This document shows, in pieces, positions 18,850-29,047 of a stretch of DNA of 64,000 nucleotides. The notes beneath the pieces were generated by a model. The model ran no database searches, was not told the DNA's origin, and was given only the letters and a program-made list of their open reading frames with translations. Source of the DNA: an uncultured Alphaproteobacteria bacterium (GTDB taxonomy: Bacteria; Pseudomonadota; Alphaproteobacteria; Sphingomonadales; Sphingomonadaceae); assembly GCA_963829625.1 (NCBI GenBank), contig CAWHJH010000005.1, forward strand, positions 1,861 through 65,860, written 5' to 3'. How positions within the stretch are numbered: the stretch's first letter is position 1; each line of letters opens with the position of its first letter. Made by a program: the position numbers and the translations under genes.

Positions 18850-20000
18850 GCGAAAATCTCCCTTGCGCGCGCCATGGCGGCGACTCCTGCATCGATCGTC
18901 TCGTCACGTTTGGCGAAGCACAGCCGCACGAGGTGACGCGAAGGATCCTCCTCAGCAAAGGCGGAGACCGGCACTGTCGCGACCCCTGCCCGCTCCACCG
19001 CGGCCGTGGCAAAGCTCTGATCATCGACGTCCAGGCCGGACGCCCTGAGGTCGACGCACAGGAAGTAGGTCGATGCCGGTTCCAGCACCTTGTAACCGGC
19101 CTTCTTCAGGCCCTCGCTCATGCGGATCAGCGCACGAGAGAAACGCTGGCGCATGGGGTCGATCCAGCCGTCACCCTGCTCGAGCCCGAAGGCCACCGCC
19201 GTCTGCAGGTTCGGCGCGGTCGCGAAGGTCAGGAACTGGTGGGCCCGGGCGGCGACCGCGGCATTCTCGGGCGACGCGACGATCCAGCCCACCTTCCAGC
19301 CGGTCAGCGAGAAGATCTTGCCGGCCGACCCCGCCTTCAACGTTCGCTCGGCCATTCCGGCCAGGGATGAGAGTGGCGTAAACCGCTCGCCATGGAGCAA
19401 GACATGCTCCCACACCTCGTCGCTGATGACCGTCAGGTCGTGCGCGATCGCGATGTCGGCGATGATCTGAAGTTCATCCTTCCCGTAGAGCCGACCCGTC
19501 GGGTTTTGCGGATTGTTGAAAATGATGGCCCGGGTCCGGTCGCTCAGCGCGGCCTCGATCGCTTCCCGGTCGATGTTCCAGAGCGGCGGCTGGAGAGAGA
19601 CTTCGCGCGGTGTCGCCCCAGCCCTTCGCACCATCGGCGCATAGCTGTCGTAGGCAGGCGTGAAGATGACGACTTCGTCCCCTGGCTCCACCACCGAGAG
19701 GATCATCGCCCCCAGTGCTTCTGTCGCTCCGCTGGTGACGCAAATATGCTCGGGATCGAGCTGCTGCCCAAAGTGCCGACGATAATGATCCGCGATTGCC
19801 TGCCTCAACTGCGGAAGTCCGCGCGAGGGCGCGTATTGGTTGGAACCTTCCTTGAGAGCTCGAGCGGCGGATTCGAGGATTTCGTCGGGCCAGCCAAAGT
19901 CCGGAAACCCCTGTCCCAGGTTCACCGCGCCGTGCCGGGCTGCGGCCAAGCTCATGCGCTCGAACACGCTCACCGGCATCCGCTCGTACAATGGGTTCAA
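18846..20000 (-). CDS. Class I PLP aminotransferase (YbdL/kynurenine aminotransferase-like)
   Basis: [33 protein letters not shown]. Confidence 0.92.
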   Translation of the reverse strand: MNPLYERMPVSVFERMSLAAARHGAVNLGQGFPDFGWPDEILESAARALKEGSNQYAPSRGLPQLRQAIADHYRRHFGQQLDPEHICVTSGATEALGAMILSVVEPGDEVVIFTPAYDSYAPMVRRAGATPREVSLQPPLWNIDREAIEAALSDRTRAIIFNNPQNPTGRLYGKDELQIIADIAIAHDLTVISDEVWEHVLLHGERFTPLSSLAGMAERTLKAGSAGKIFSLTGWKVGWIVASPENAAVAARAHQFLTFATAPNLQTAVAFGLEQGDGWIDPMRQRFSRALIRMSEGLKKAGYKVLEPASTYFLCVDLRASGLDVDDQSFATAAVERAGVATVPVSAFAEEDPSRHLVRLCFAKRDETIDAGVAAMARAREIFA

Positions 20001-21085
20001 CGCAGGACTCCGTTCTTGCGCATCTCAGCGATTTCAGCGGGCGAATAGCCGATCCCTTCGAGGATCATGTCTCCGTCCTCCCCCTCCCGCCTGGGCGGCT
20101 CGGGGCGGTCGAGCTCCATCGCAGAATAGCGGGGCGCTGGAGCGGGCTGGAACACGCCCTCGAGGTCGAGGAAGGTTCGGCGAGCGATATTGTGCGGGTA
20201 GACCGGCGCTTCCTCGAGATCGAGGACCGGCGCCACGCAAGCGTCCGTGCCCGCGAAATGCGCCGCCCATTCATCGCGAGTGCGGCTCTTGATGACGGCG
20301 GCGATGTCCTCGCGACCGGACCCCTCGGCAAGCGCCAGGCCCTTGAACAACGCCTGCTGAAATTGCGGTTCGATCGCTCCGATCGCGACGAACTTCCCGT
20401 CCGAGCAGCGATAGATGGCATAGTTCGAAACCCCGCCGTCGAGCAGATTGGCCTCCCGCTCGTCGCGCCAATGCCCCGCTGCCCGAAGTCCGTAAGTCAT
20501 GGCGCCGATCAGCGCCGCGCCATCGCTCATCGCCGCGTCGATCACCTGTCCGTTCCCGCCGGCTTTGACGGCCAACAGCGCTGAGACCATGCCGAATGCG
20601 AGCATCATCCCGCCGCCCGCATAATCGCCAAGATAATTGATCGGCACCGCCGGCCGCTCCTTCGAGCCAATGCCGTGGAGGAGGCCGCTGATCGCGACAT
20701 AATTGATGTCGTGCCCCGCATCCTGCGCGAGCGGGCCATCCTGACCCCAGCCGGTCACTCGACCGTAGACCAGCTTCGGATTGCTCTTGAGCAGATCGTC
20801 GGGACCGAGACCGAGGCGCTCCATGACGCCGGGCCGATATCCCTCGATCAGCCCGTCCGCCTCGGCAGCAAGCCGCCGGACGATCTCGCAAGCCTGGGGC
20901 TGCTTGAGGTCCAGCGCGATGCTCTGGCGGGATCGGCGCAGCGGATCATTCTCGAACCCTATCATCCCAGCACGCTCGACCCTGACGACGTTCGCACCGT
21001 GGTCGGCAAGCATCATGGCGGCAAAGGGCGCGGGCCCGATGCCGCCCATTTCGACGATACTGATGCCCTTGAGCGGCCCGGCCAT
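19997..21085 (-). CDS. CaiB/BaiF CoA-transferase (alpha-methylacyl-CoA racemase-like)
   Basis: [35 protein letters not shown]. Confidence 0.92.
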   Translation of the reverse strand: MAGPLKGISIVEMGGIGPAPFAAMMLADHGANVVRVERAGMIGFENDPLRRSRQSIALDLKQPQACEIVRRLAAEADGLIEGYRPGVMERLGLGPDDLLKSNPKLVYGRVTGWGQDGPLAQDAGHDINYVAISGLLHGIGSKERPAVPINYLGDYAGGGMMLAFGMVSALLAVKAGGNGQVIDAAMSDGAALIGAMTYGLRAAGHWRDEREANLLDGGVSNYAIYRCSDGKFVAIGAIEPQFQQALFKGLALAEGSGREDIAAVIKSRTRDEWAAHFAGTDACVAPVLDLEEAPVYPHNIARRTFLDLEGVFQPAPAPRYSAMELDRPEPPRREGEDGDMILEGIGYSPAEIAEMRKNGVLR

Positions 21086-21131
21086 GGAGCGTCCATGCAC
21101 TGCGGCCGCCTGCCTTCACAAGCCTGCAGTC

Positions 21132-21157
21132 GGAACGTGGAGCGAGCGGCGCGAGTT
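21132..21157 (+). promoter_or_regulatory. Putative EcfG/sigmaT general-stress promoter
   Basis: GGAAC-N18-GTT upstream of a small hydrophilic protein gene. Confidence 0.45.
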
Positions 21158-21177
21158 GTCCCCGCAAGGAGCTCGAT

Positions 21178-21414
21178 ATGTCAGACGACAAGCAGCGCGA
21201 TGAAACGGCCGACGAGACGATCGCCTCCCGGCCCATGACCCCGGACCAGGCCGGCAAGTCCGGCGGCGGCGCCTACTCGCGCGAAGGCGAAGATCCAGAC
21301 CACGAGCACGGCAACTTCAAGGGCGGCCAGTCGGACCAGGCCTATTACGGCAAGGGGCAGCTCGGGGAGAAGCAGCTCGAAGAGAACGAGAATGCCCCGT
21401 CCGCCGAGCATTAG
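21178..21414 (+). CDS. Small acidic hydrophilic hypothetical protein
   Basis: AAGGAG SD; 78-aa ORF with host-like codon usage; fills the intergenic gap. Confidence 0.75.
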   Translation: MSDDKQRDETADETIASRPMTPDQAGKSGGGAYSREGEDPDHEHGNFKGGQSDQAYYGKGQLGEKQLEENENAPSAEH

Positions 21415-21419
21415 GCTCG

Positions 21420-22839
21420 CTAGTCGACCTTGAGGCGCAGAAAACCCATCGCGCCGAGCGGATTGCGGTCGCCGTATTCGTCGCGAAGGCCCTCGGGCAC
21501 GAAGTTCACTGCGACCAGCCCACCAACACCAAAGGCAAGGTGATCGGCCACCTTGAAATCGCGTACCGCACCTAGCGAAACCTTGCCCACCGTGAAGGCA
21601 GATCCGTGTTTGCCATCATCGAATTCGAGCAACTCGCGGTTCTCCGTGATTTCGCCCCGTGCGAACGCGGTCCACGGGCCATTCTTCAGCGAGGCTTCGG
21701 CCACGTAGGCATCGTCCCTGACTCGCTCACCATGATGGTCGAGGATGGACTTCCGCCCCCAGGCCAGCGTGCCAGCGAGCTTCCAGCCGGAAGCGACCTC
21801 ATTCGCCCACATGGCGCTCGCCGACCAGCGCCTCTGGTTCACGCCGGGCTCAAGCTGCTCCGGCTCCTCGAAATGTCCCCAGCTGCCTTGCAGCGCCAGC
21901 GTCCGCGTCGGATTCCAGGAAAGCCTGACGGCCGTCGAGTCCAGCGGTCCCGTTTCGATGTTCCAGCGATGCTGGTCGGGCTCGCGCCCGTTGAAGCGGC
22001 TGACCTCGACCTTGAACCGGTCATGCACCAGGCCGGCGGTCAGCACGCCGAAACGTAATGTGCGTGGAATCCAGCCAGTGATGGCTGATCGGCGCCTCGG
22101 GCAAGTCCATGATCGCCTCGCGATGCATGAAGGCCGGCGGACCGAACGCCGGTTCGCCCGGAAGTCCGGCGTAGAGGAACACGCTGCTCCTTGGTCCGAT
22201 GTTCTGCGATGCCGAGGCGGACAGCTCCATGAAGAAGTCGTGCGGATGCTGCCGATCGATCAGGTGGTCGATCCCGTCAGCCGTTTCACCGCTCGCCAAG
22301 AGGAGCGGGTAGCCCCTCTTGCCCATCAACGGGTCCGGGCTGATCGCCGCGCGGAATTGCAGCGTGCCGTCGCCAACCGGCCTGCGGGCCATTCCCATAA
22401 GCATCCCGCTGGGGAAGATGTCGTCGTCGCCTCGCCTGCCCGATTGATGGTCGTAGACGAGGTTGAGCACACCATGGCCCATCAGCGACCAGTCGCCACT
22501 CTGGCCCATGACGCCCATGTGCTCGGAAGTGTCAGGCTGCCACGCCGTTCCTGAGGACTCGCGGGTCATCGGATAGGAACCCAGCGCGCCTGTCTGCGCA
22601 TGATGGTCGCCACCTGCGTGCGGCGACGCGACTGCCGGTTTTGGAGCGTGTTGCGCGTGCTCGGGTGTCGTTTTGCTCACCACCGGCTGCGCTTCAGGCA
22701 TCTTTTCCGGCTCCTCACGCGGCGAGGGCGATCCCGGATGATGCTGATGCTGATGCTGCCCGTGTTCCTGAGCCAAGGCCCCGGATGACAGGCTTACAAG
22801 CGCAACCCCGGTCAGGGCCGCCGCGGAAATACTCTGCAC
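21420..22839 (-). CDS. His-rich N-terminus outer-membrane/exported protein, probably metal-related (frameshift near 22051)
   Basis: Signal peptide and HGQHQHQHH; SSGTAWQPD, DRQHPHDFFMELS, HHWLDSTHIT; continues FGVLTAG...FNGREPD in ORF 21420..22046 after one extra T. Confidence 0.8.
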
Positions 22840-22873
22840 TTCGAACTCCTATATGCCGGCTGGACGCGAAGGT

Positions 22874-23374
22874 TCAGTGGCAGGCCTTCAGATCGCGTCT
22901 CAGAAGCCAGTAATTGACGGGCCAGGCGGCGAGGAACCCTGCGGGCACCGCGAACAATATGCCGCGCCAGAACATCCAGGAGGCGACCGACGGTGCCCCC
23001 ATCCCGCCCATCTGGTAGTCGACGAAGTTCATCACGATCTCCATCACGCCGATGGAGATCACTTCGCCGACCCAGATGATGCGGAAGGCTTCGGCCAGGC
23101 CGACGTGGCGGCTCCTCATCACCGGAACGAGACCCAAAGTGATGCCCGTCGCGTAGGCCAAAACAGTCGCCAGAATGATCGTCGGCCAGATGCCAAGCCC
23201 GAGGCTGACACCGATCGCAAGCCCGGCCACTTCACCGATCACGCAGCCGGTGAGGCAGTGGAGCGTCGCCTGCGCGGATGTCCGCAACGGACTGCCGGCA
23301 TGCCCATGATGCGAATGCGCATGGTGCACATGAGCCGATTCCGCTGGATGGCGATCTGGCGCCGACATTTTCAC
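22874..23374 (-). CDS. DUF4396-family membrane protein with His-rich N-terminus
   Basis: ATLHCLTGCVIGEV, E..SI.VME, GFLAAWPVNYWL. Confidence 0.85.
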   Translation of the reverse strand: MKMSAPDRHPAESAHVHHAHSHHGHAGSPLRTSAQATLHCLTGCVIGEVAGLAIGVSLGLGIWPTIILATVLAYATGITLGLVPVMRSRHVGLAEAFRIIWVGEVISIGVMEIVMNFVDYQMGGMGAPSVASWMFWRGILFAVPAGFLAAWPVNYWLLRRDLKACH

Positions 23375-23399
23375 GTCTCCTTGCGAATGAGTCGGCGCC

Positions 23400-23431
23400 T
23401 ATATGGGCCCCGTACCATGGTACGGGGTCAA
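23400..23431 (-). promoter_or_regulatory. MerR/CueR-type promoter with perfect 20-bp palindrome
   Basis: TTGACC-N20-CATATA containing CCCCGTACCATGGTACGGGG (23408-23427). Confidence 0.78.
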
Positions 23432-23451
23432 GCGCCGCCTCGTTTCGGAGG

Positions 23452-23480
23452 GAGGCGCCACCCGACTGGAGCGGCGCCTC
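23452..23480 (-). terminator. Hairpin downstream of the small His-rich gene
   Basis: GAGGCGCC...GGCGCCTC inverted repeat. Confidence 0.5.
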
Positions 23481-23487
23481 GCCTGGA

Positions 23488-23748
23488 TCAGTGAGCGTGG
23501 CCGCCTTCGTGATTGTGCTCGGGGTGGGCGGGCTTGGCGTCCGCCGTCTTGTCCATGCAGTCCATCTTGCCGTCCTTGCCCTTCATCTTCTCGCAGCATT
23601 CCTTGCAGTCATGCTTCCCCTGCTGGTGCTGCGAATGGTCCATGCCCTGATGCTGGGCGTGACCGGCGTGCGGATCGGCCGCCGGAGCGGTCTGGGCCAC
23701 GACGGGCGCGGCAATGATGAGCGCAATCGCGCCGATAAACGTCTTCAT
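23488..23748 (-). CDS. Small secreted His/Cys/Met-rich protein (paralog of 2770..3036)
   Basis: Near-identical sequence including HDCKECCEKMKGKDGKM. Confidence 0.85.
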   Translation of the reverse strand: MKTFIGAIALIIAAPVVAQTAPAADPHAGHAQHQGMDHSQHQQGKHDCKECCEKMKGKDGKMDCMDKTADAKPAHPEHNHEGGHAH

Positions 23749-23789
23749 GTGAGAATCTCCAAAGCTGAATGTTCGAAAACTGAGGGTTC

Positions 23790-24101
23790 TCAGAACAGCC
23801 TTGGAGGGGGCGTGTCGGTTTCCGGATCAGTGTCGGAGAGGATTTTCGCTGCTTTCACGAGCCTCGGCAGCTCGGGCCGAAGCTGTGGATCGGCGACATT
23901 CGCTTCGACGGCTGGCAATGCCGCGCAAGTCGCGCATTGCAAGTCCATCTTGGCCGGAGCGTCGGCGGGCTTCTGGTGATCGTCGCAATGACCGGCAGCA
24001 GCCGCAGGCGAAGATGCCGCGGCAGCAGCCCCGCCCGTCATGCCAAGGGGCATGAGCGCAAGTGCGACCAGCATCAGGATTCTCAGGAGCGCCGAAGCCA
24101 T
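23790..24101 (-). CDS. CutF/CopL/DUF2946-like leader protein (paralog of 3083..3391)
   Basis: Signal segment, GHCDD...CATC, C-terminal PETDTPPPRLF. Confidence 0.78.
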   Translation of the reverse strand: MASALLRILMLVALALMPLGMTGGAAAAASSPAAAAGHCDDHQKPADAPAKMDLQCATCAALPAVEANVADPQLRPELPRLVKAAKILSDTDPETDTPPPRLF

Positions 24102-24108
24102 GCGGGGT

Positions 24109-24137
24109 CACATAGGCAAGCGGGCATCGGGCCGCAA
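24109..24137 (-). promoter_or_regulatory. Putative leaderless promoter
   Basis: TTGCGG-N17-TATGTG, 7 nt before the ATG; matches 3398-3426. Confidence 0.55.
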
Positions 24138-24191
24138 TCGCCGTGCGAGATGAATTGACGGCTCGCGCGGGTCGGTGTGAGCTGTGCGGCG

Positions 24192-25688
24192 ATGAGCGGA
24201 ACACCGACATTCGACCTGCTGATCGTCGGAGGCGGGATCAACGGCGCCGGCATTGCCCGCGATGCCGCAGGCCGCGGGTTAAAGGTCCTGCTGGTCGAGA
24301 AGGACGACCTTGCGTCGCACACATCGTCGGCAAGCACCAAGCTGATCCACGGCGGGCTTCGCTATCTCGAGCAGCTGGAGTTCCGGCTGGTCCGTGAATC
24401 CCTTGCCGAGCGGGAGCGCCTGTGGAGCATCGCGCCGCATATCGTACATCCGCTCGACTTTGTCGTGCAGCAATCAGGCTCGACGCGGCCGGCCTGGCTC
24501 GTCCGGCTCGGCCTCTTGCTCTACGACCATCTCGGCGGGCGGAAGCGCCTGCCCCCAACGCGTACACTCGACCTCGCAACGGATCCTCGGGGAGCCGGTT
24601 TGAAGAACCGCGCGGGAAAGGCCTTCGCCTATGCCGACTGTTTCGTCGACGACAGCCGCCTGGTCATCCTCAATGCAATGGATGCCGCGGAACGTGGCGC
24701 GCGCATCGCGACGAGGACGGAACTGGTCCACGCCGAGCGCGGCACGGAGATGTGGGAGGCTACCTTGACCGGCCCGCAGGGTCAGGAGCGGGTCTCAGCC
24801 CGAGTAATCGTCAATGCGGCCGGTCCGTGGGTCGCCGACCTGCTCCGTCGCGTCCATGTCGATAGCCGGCGCGGTATCCGACTGGTGAAGGGCAGCCACA
24901 TTGTCCTTCCCCGCATCTACGCAGGCGGGCATGCCGTCCTCATCCAGAACCCCGATCGACGGGTCGTCTTCGCGATCCCGTTCGAACGCGACTTTACCCT
25001 GGTCGGCACCACGAACTCGTTCTGGGATGACGAGCCCGGCTCTGCCGCCATCGACGACGCGGAAGTCGGCTATCTGCTCGACGCCGTCCGTCGTACCTTC
25101 GTCAGGCAGGTCGGGCGGAAAGACATCGTCTGGACCTTTTCGGGCATCCGCCCCTTGTTTGATGACGGCTCTCGCAGCGCAGCGCGTGTCACCCGCGACT
25201 ATTCGCTCGATCTCGATCTGCAAGGCGCGCCCGTGCTCAGCGTCTTCGGCGGGAAACTCACGACCTACCGGCGCCTCGCCGAACAAGTCTTGCACCGCCT
25301 GCATCCGGTCTTTCCTCGCGCTGGCGAGCCATGGACCGGATCGGCGCCGCTACCCGGCGGGGACCTGCCTGAAGGAGGAACGGCCGCCCTCCTAACTCAG
25401 CTTCAAACTGAATTCCCGGCTACTTCCGCCGCGCTACTCGATCGCCTGGCCCGAACCTATGGCACCCGGGCAAGGCAAATCCTGTTGGCCGGCAAGCTCG
25501 GCACGATCATCGCCGATGACCTCACCGAGGGCGAAGTCCGGTACCTTGTGGAATACGAATGGGCGCAGACGCCGCAGGACATATTGTTTCGCCGGACCAA
25601 GCTCGGCCTGCACCTGCCCCCGGCAACGGTATCTCGGCTAGAGGAGCTTCTCGCGCAGATGAATCATGGACCGGTCCATGCCGCCTGA
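24192..25688 (+). CDS. glpD: FAD-dependent glycerol-3-phosphate dehydrogenase
   Basis: [48 protein letters not shown]. Confidence 0.95.
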   Translation: MSGTPTFDLLIVGGGINGAGIARDAAGRGLKVLLVEKDDLASHTSSASTKLIHGGLRYLEQLEFRLVRESLAERERLWSIAPHIVHPLDFVVQQSGSTRPAWLVRLGLLLYDHLGGRKRLPPTRTLDLATDPRGAGLKNRAGKAFAYADCFVDDSRLVILNAMDAAERGARIATRTELVHAERGTEMWEATLTGPQGQERVSARVIVNAAGPWVADLLRRVHVDSRRGIRLVKGSHIVLPRIYAGGHAVLIQNPDRRVVFAIPFERDFTLVGTTNSFWDDEPGSAAIDDAEVGYLLDAVRRTFVRQVGRKDIVWTFSGIRPLFDDGSRSAARVTRDYSLDLDLQGAPVLSVFGGKLTTYRRLAEQVLHRLHPVFPRAGEPWTGSAPLPGGDLPEGGTAALLTQLQTEFPATSAALLDRLARTYGTRARQILLAGKLGTIIADDLTEGEVRYLVEYEWAQTPQDILFRRTKLGLHLPPATVSRLEELLAQMNHGPVHAA

Positions 25689-27164
25689 CCATGTGGTCGC
25701 CATCGACCAGGGGACAACGTCGACCCGAGCGATGCTGTTCGACCGCGATGCGCGAATGGTCTCCGTTGCGCAACGTGAGCTCTCCGCAGCACTATCCGCA
25801 GCCGGGCTGGGTCGAGCACGACGCCGAAGACATCTGGCGCGATACGCTCGCGGTTGTGAGGGAGGCGATCGCAGGGTCGGCCATCCCCATCGATCGCATC
25901 GCCGCGATCGGCGTCACCAACCAGCGCGAAACGGTCCTTGTCTGGGATCGCTCAACGGGTGAGCCGATCCACCGCGCCATCGTCTGGCAGGATCGCCGGA
26001 CGGCGGACGCTTTGCGCTTCGCTCAAGGCCGAAGGGACGGAAGAGGAGGTCCGGGCGAAGACCGGCCTGCTGCTCGATCCCTATTTCTCCGCCACGAAGC
26101 TGGCCTGGATCCTCGACAATGTCGCGAATGCGCGCACCAAGGCCGAACGGGGCGACCTGGCGTTCGGCACGATCGACAGCTTCCTCCTCTGGAGGCTGAC
26201 GGGCGGCGCTGTTCACGCCACCGATGCCACCAATGCCTCCCGGACGTTGCTTTACGACATTCACGCCGAGCGATGGGACGCGGACCTTTGCCGGCTCTTC
26301 CGCATTCCCGAAGCGCTCCTCCCGGAGGTGCGAGACAATAGCGGGTCTTTCGGGGTGACCGCCGCCGGACTCTTCGACCGGCAAATGTGCCATCGGCGGA
26401 ATGGCGGGCGACCAGCAGGCAGCGCTCATCGGACAGGCCTGCTTCGACCCGGGCATGGTCAAATCGACCTATGGGACGGGCTGCTTCCTCTTGCTCAACA
26501 CGGGCGAGACAGCCGTGCAATCGGCCAACCGCCTGCTCACCACGCCCGCGTACAGGCTGCATGGCCGCACGACCTACGCCTTGGAAGGCTCGATCTTCGT
26601 GGCCGGGGCAGCGATCAAATGGCTTCGCGACGGCCTGGGGGTGCTCGGCAGCGCGGCAGAATCGGAAAGCCTCGCCACGCGGGTCGGCGACAACCATGGG
26701 GTCTACATGGTCCCGGCATTCGTCGGCCTCGGCGCACCGCACTGGGATCCGGACGCGCGCGCCGCAATCCATGGCCTGAGCCTCGACGCGACGAGCGCCC
26801 ACCTCGCCCGCGCTGCACTGGAAGCCGTCGCCTACCAGACCTACGACCTGCTTCGATCCATGGAGGCGGACGGCTGCGCCGCTCCCGTTACGCTTCGCGT
26901 AGACGGCGGAATGGCGGCCAATGCCTGGCTCTGCCAGTTCCTCGCCGACATCATCGACTGCCGTGTGGATCGGCCGAGGAATGTCGAGACGACGTCGCTC
27001 GGCGCGGCTTTCCTGGCGGGCCTCGCAACTGGCGTTTGGCAGGATCTCGACGAAGTTTCGCGGACGTGGGACGCGGCCCGAGCTTCAATCCGGCGATGGA
27101 AGCCGGAAAGCGCCGAAGGCTTCTCGAGGGCTGGAGCAAGGCGCTGGAGCGTACGCTATCGTAA
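25678..27164 (+). pseudogene. glpK: Glycerol kinase with about four frameshifts (possibly assembly errors)
   Basis: [62 protein letters not shown] spread across different frames. Confidence 0.9.
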
Positions 27165-27248
27165 AAGACCCTACGCTCTCGGCGGACGCCGTAGTCGGGG
27201 AAACGTTTGCCTAAGCAGGCATACCGCTCTTGGTAGTCTTTCCTTGGC

Positions 27249-27277
27249 GTGTCAGGAATGGGTGGAAAGCGGACATC
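27249..27277. repeat. Hairpin element copy, inverted relative to 6185
   Basis: AATGGGTGGAAAGCGGACAT (27257-27276) is the exact reverse complement of 6186-6205. Confidence 0.8.
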
Positions 27278-27389
27278 ATGCTCCTCGCCGCCGACCCTCC
27301 GCAGTTGGTTGGTCGGGAGACGTAGAGGATGGTACTGCCGCGCCAGCCCACGGCAGCTTAGGTACGTGTGCTGGAATAGGCCGACCCGT

Positions 27390-27464
27390 TGGCTGGGGCG
27401 GCAGGATTCGAACCTGCGAATGCCGGTACCAAAAACCGGTGCCTTACCACTTGGCGACGCCCCA
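27390..27464 (-). tRNA. tRNA-Gln(TTG)
   Basis: TGGGGCGTCGCCAAGTGGTAAGGCACCGGTTTTTGGTACCGGCATTCGCAGGTTCGAATCCTGCCGCCCCAGCCA: cloverleaf with encoded CCA. Confidence 0.97.
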
Positions 27465-27565
27465 GCAGGCGGCCCGTCGATGCGGGGAAGGCGCGCTTAT
27501 AGCCGCCGCTCTGGCCAAGGAAACCCCAACTTCGCGCTCTTCCGCCTCTCTGCTAAATGGCGGTC

Positions 27566-27907
27566 ATGGCCGAGGACAGCATTCGCGATTTCCACGCACA
27601 CATCTATTTCGACGCCGATCAGCTGGATCGCGCTCAACTGCTCGCGGAGGCGGCGCGTGCCCGCTTCGGCGTGCCGGTCGGGCGCTTCCATACCGCACCC
27701 GTCGGCCCCCATCCGCGCGGAAGCTGCCAGCTGACGGTCAGGCCCGAGCAGTTCGGCGACTTCGCGCAATGGATCGCGCTGAATCGCGCCGGCCTGACGA
27801 TCTTCGCGCATACGAGCACCGGCGAGGATCTGCTCGACCATACCGAGCATGTCATCTGGTTCGGGCCGAGCGAGACGCTCAACCTCGCGATCTTCGCCGA
27901 AACCTGA
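27566..27907 (+). CDS. DOPA 4,5-dioxygenase family protein
   Basis: FHAHIYF, PVGPHP, DHTEH..WFG. Confidence 0.9.
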   Translation: MAEDSIRDFHAHIYFDADQLDRAQLLAEAARARFGVPVGRFHTAPVGPHPRGSCQLTVRPEQFGDFAQWIALNRAGLTIFAHTSTGEDLLDHTEHVIWFGPSETLNLAIFAET

Positions 27908-27910
27908 GCC

Positions 27911-29020
27911 TCAGACGACCTGCTCGGTCCAGCCGTAGGGATCGGGCGCAGCGCCTCTCTGGATATCGACCAGCGCGGACCGGAGGCGAAGCGTCAGCGG
28001 CCCGACCGACTGGCCGCCGATCGTGAACTCCCCGTCAATGCCCTTCACGCGTCCGATCGGAGTGACGACGGCGGCAGTTCCGCAGGCGAAGGCCTCCGTC
28101 AGCCGCTTGCTCTCCGCATCGGCCTTCCACTGATCGATGGAATACGGCTCTTCACGCACCGTCACGCCCATGTCGCGAGCCAGGGTCAGCAGGGAATCGC
28201 GCGTCACGCCGTGGAGGATCGTGCCGTCGAGCGGCGGAGTCTGGATCGAGCCGTCCTCGAACACGAAGAAGACGTTCATCCCGCCGAGCTCTTCGACCCA
28301 GCGGCGCTCGACCGCGTCGAGGAACACGACCTGGTCGCAGCCATGCCTGATGGCTTCGGCCTGGGCGACGAGGCTCCCCGCATAATTTCCGCCGCACTTC
28401 GCCTCGCCGGTCCCGCCAGGAGCGGCGCGGACATATTCCCTGGTCACCCAGAGCGAAACGCTGGGAGCGTCGCCCTTGAAGTAGGAACCCACCGAGGAGG
28501 CGATCACCGCATAGATGAACTGCGTCGACGGCCGCATTCCGAGGAACGAACCGTTCGCGATCATGAACGGCCGAAGGTAGAGCGATCCATCTTCGGTGTC
28601 CGGGATCCACTCGTGATCGGCGCGGACCAGCCCGCGCACCAATTCAAGGAACATCTCTTTCGGAAGCGGCGGCATGGCCAGGCGGATCGCGGACTTGGCG
28701 AACCGCCGCGCATTTGCGTCGGGCCGGAAGAGCGCCGCACCACGGCCCGGCCGCCGATAGGCCTTCATGCCTTCGAAGATTTCCTGTGCGTAGTGGAGCA
28801 CCGGCGATGCCGGATCCATCAGGAATGGCGTGCGCGCCGTTATGCGCGCGTCATGCCAGCCCTCATGCTCGTCATATTCGATGATCGCCATATGGTCGGT
28901 GAACACGCGGCCGAAGCCGGGGTCCGCGAGCAGCCGCGCGCGTTCTTCGGCAGGAACCGGCTTCTCCGCCGGCTCGAAGGCGAGACTTGCATCGTCAGCC
29001 TCGTAGATTTCACCGATCAT
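27911..29020 (-). CDS. ilvE: Branched-chain amino acid aminotransferase
   Basis: [45 protein letters not shown]. Confidence 0.95.
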   Translation of the reverse strand: MIGEIYEADDASLAFEPAEKPVPAEERARLLADPGFGRVFTDHMAIIEYDEHEGWHDARITARTPFLMDPASPVLHYAQEIFEGMKAYRRPGRGAALFRPDANARRFAKSAIRLAMPPLPKEMFLELVRGLVRADHEWIPDTEDGSLYLRPFMIANGSFLGMRPSTQFIYAVIASSVGSYFKGDAPSVSLWVTREYVRAAPGGTGEAKCGGNYAGSLVAQAEAIRHGCDQVVFLDAVERRWVEELGGMNVFFVFEDGSIQTPPLDGTILHGVTRDSLLTLARDMGVTVREEPYSIDQWKADAESKRLTEAFACGTAAVVTPIGRVKGIDGEFTIGGQSVGPLTLRLRSALVDIQRGAAPDPYGWTEQVV

Positions 29021-29047
29021 CTGTGCCGTCCTTCTCAGCCTTGGCGA

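Noticed and set aside
26401-28026. 541-aa ORF running from glpK through the tRNA
   Set aside because: Artifact of the last glpK frameshift; it reads antisense across tRNA-Gln and out of frame over the DOPA dioxygenase gene.
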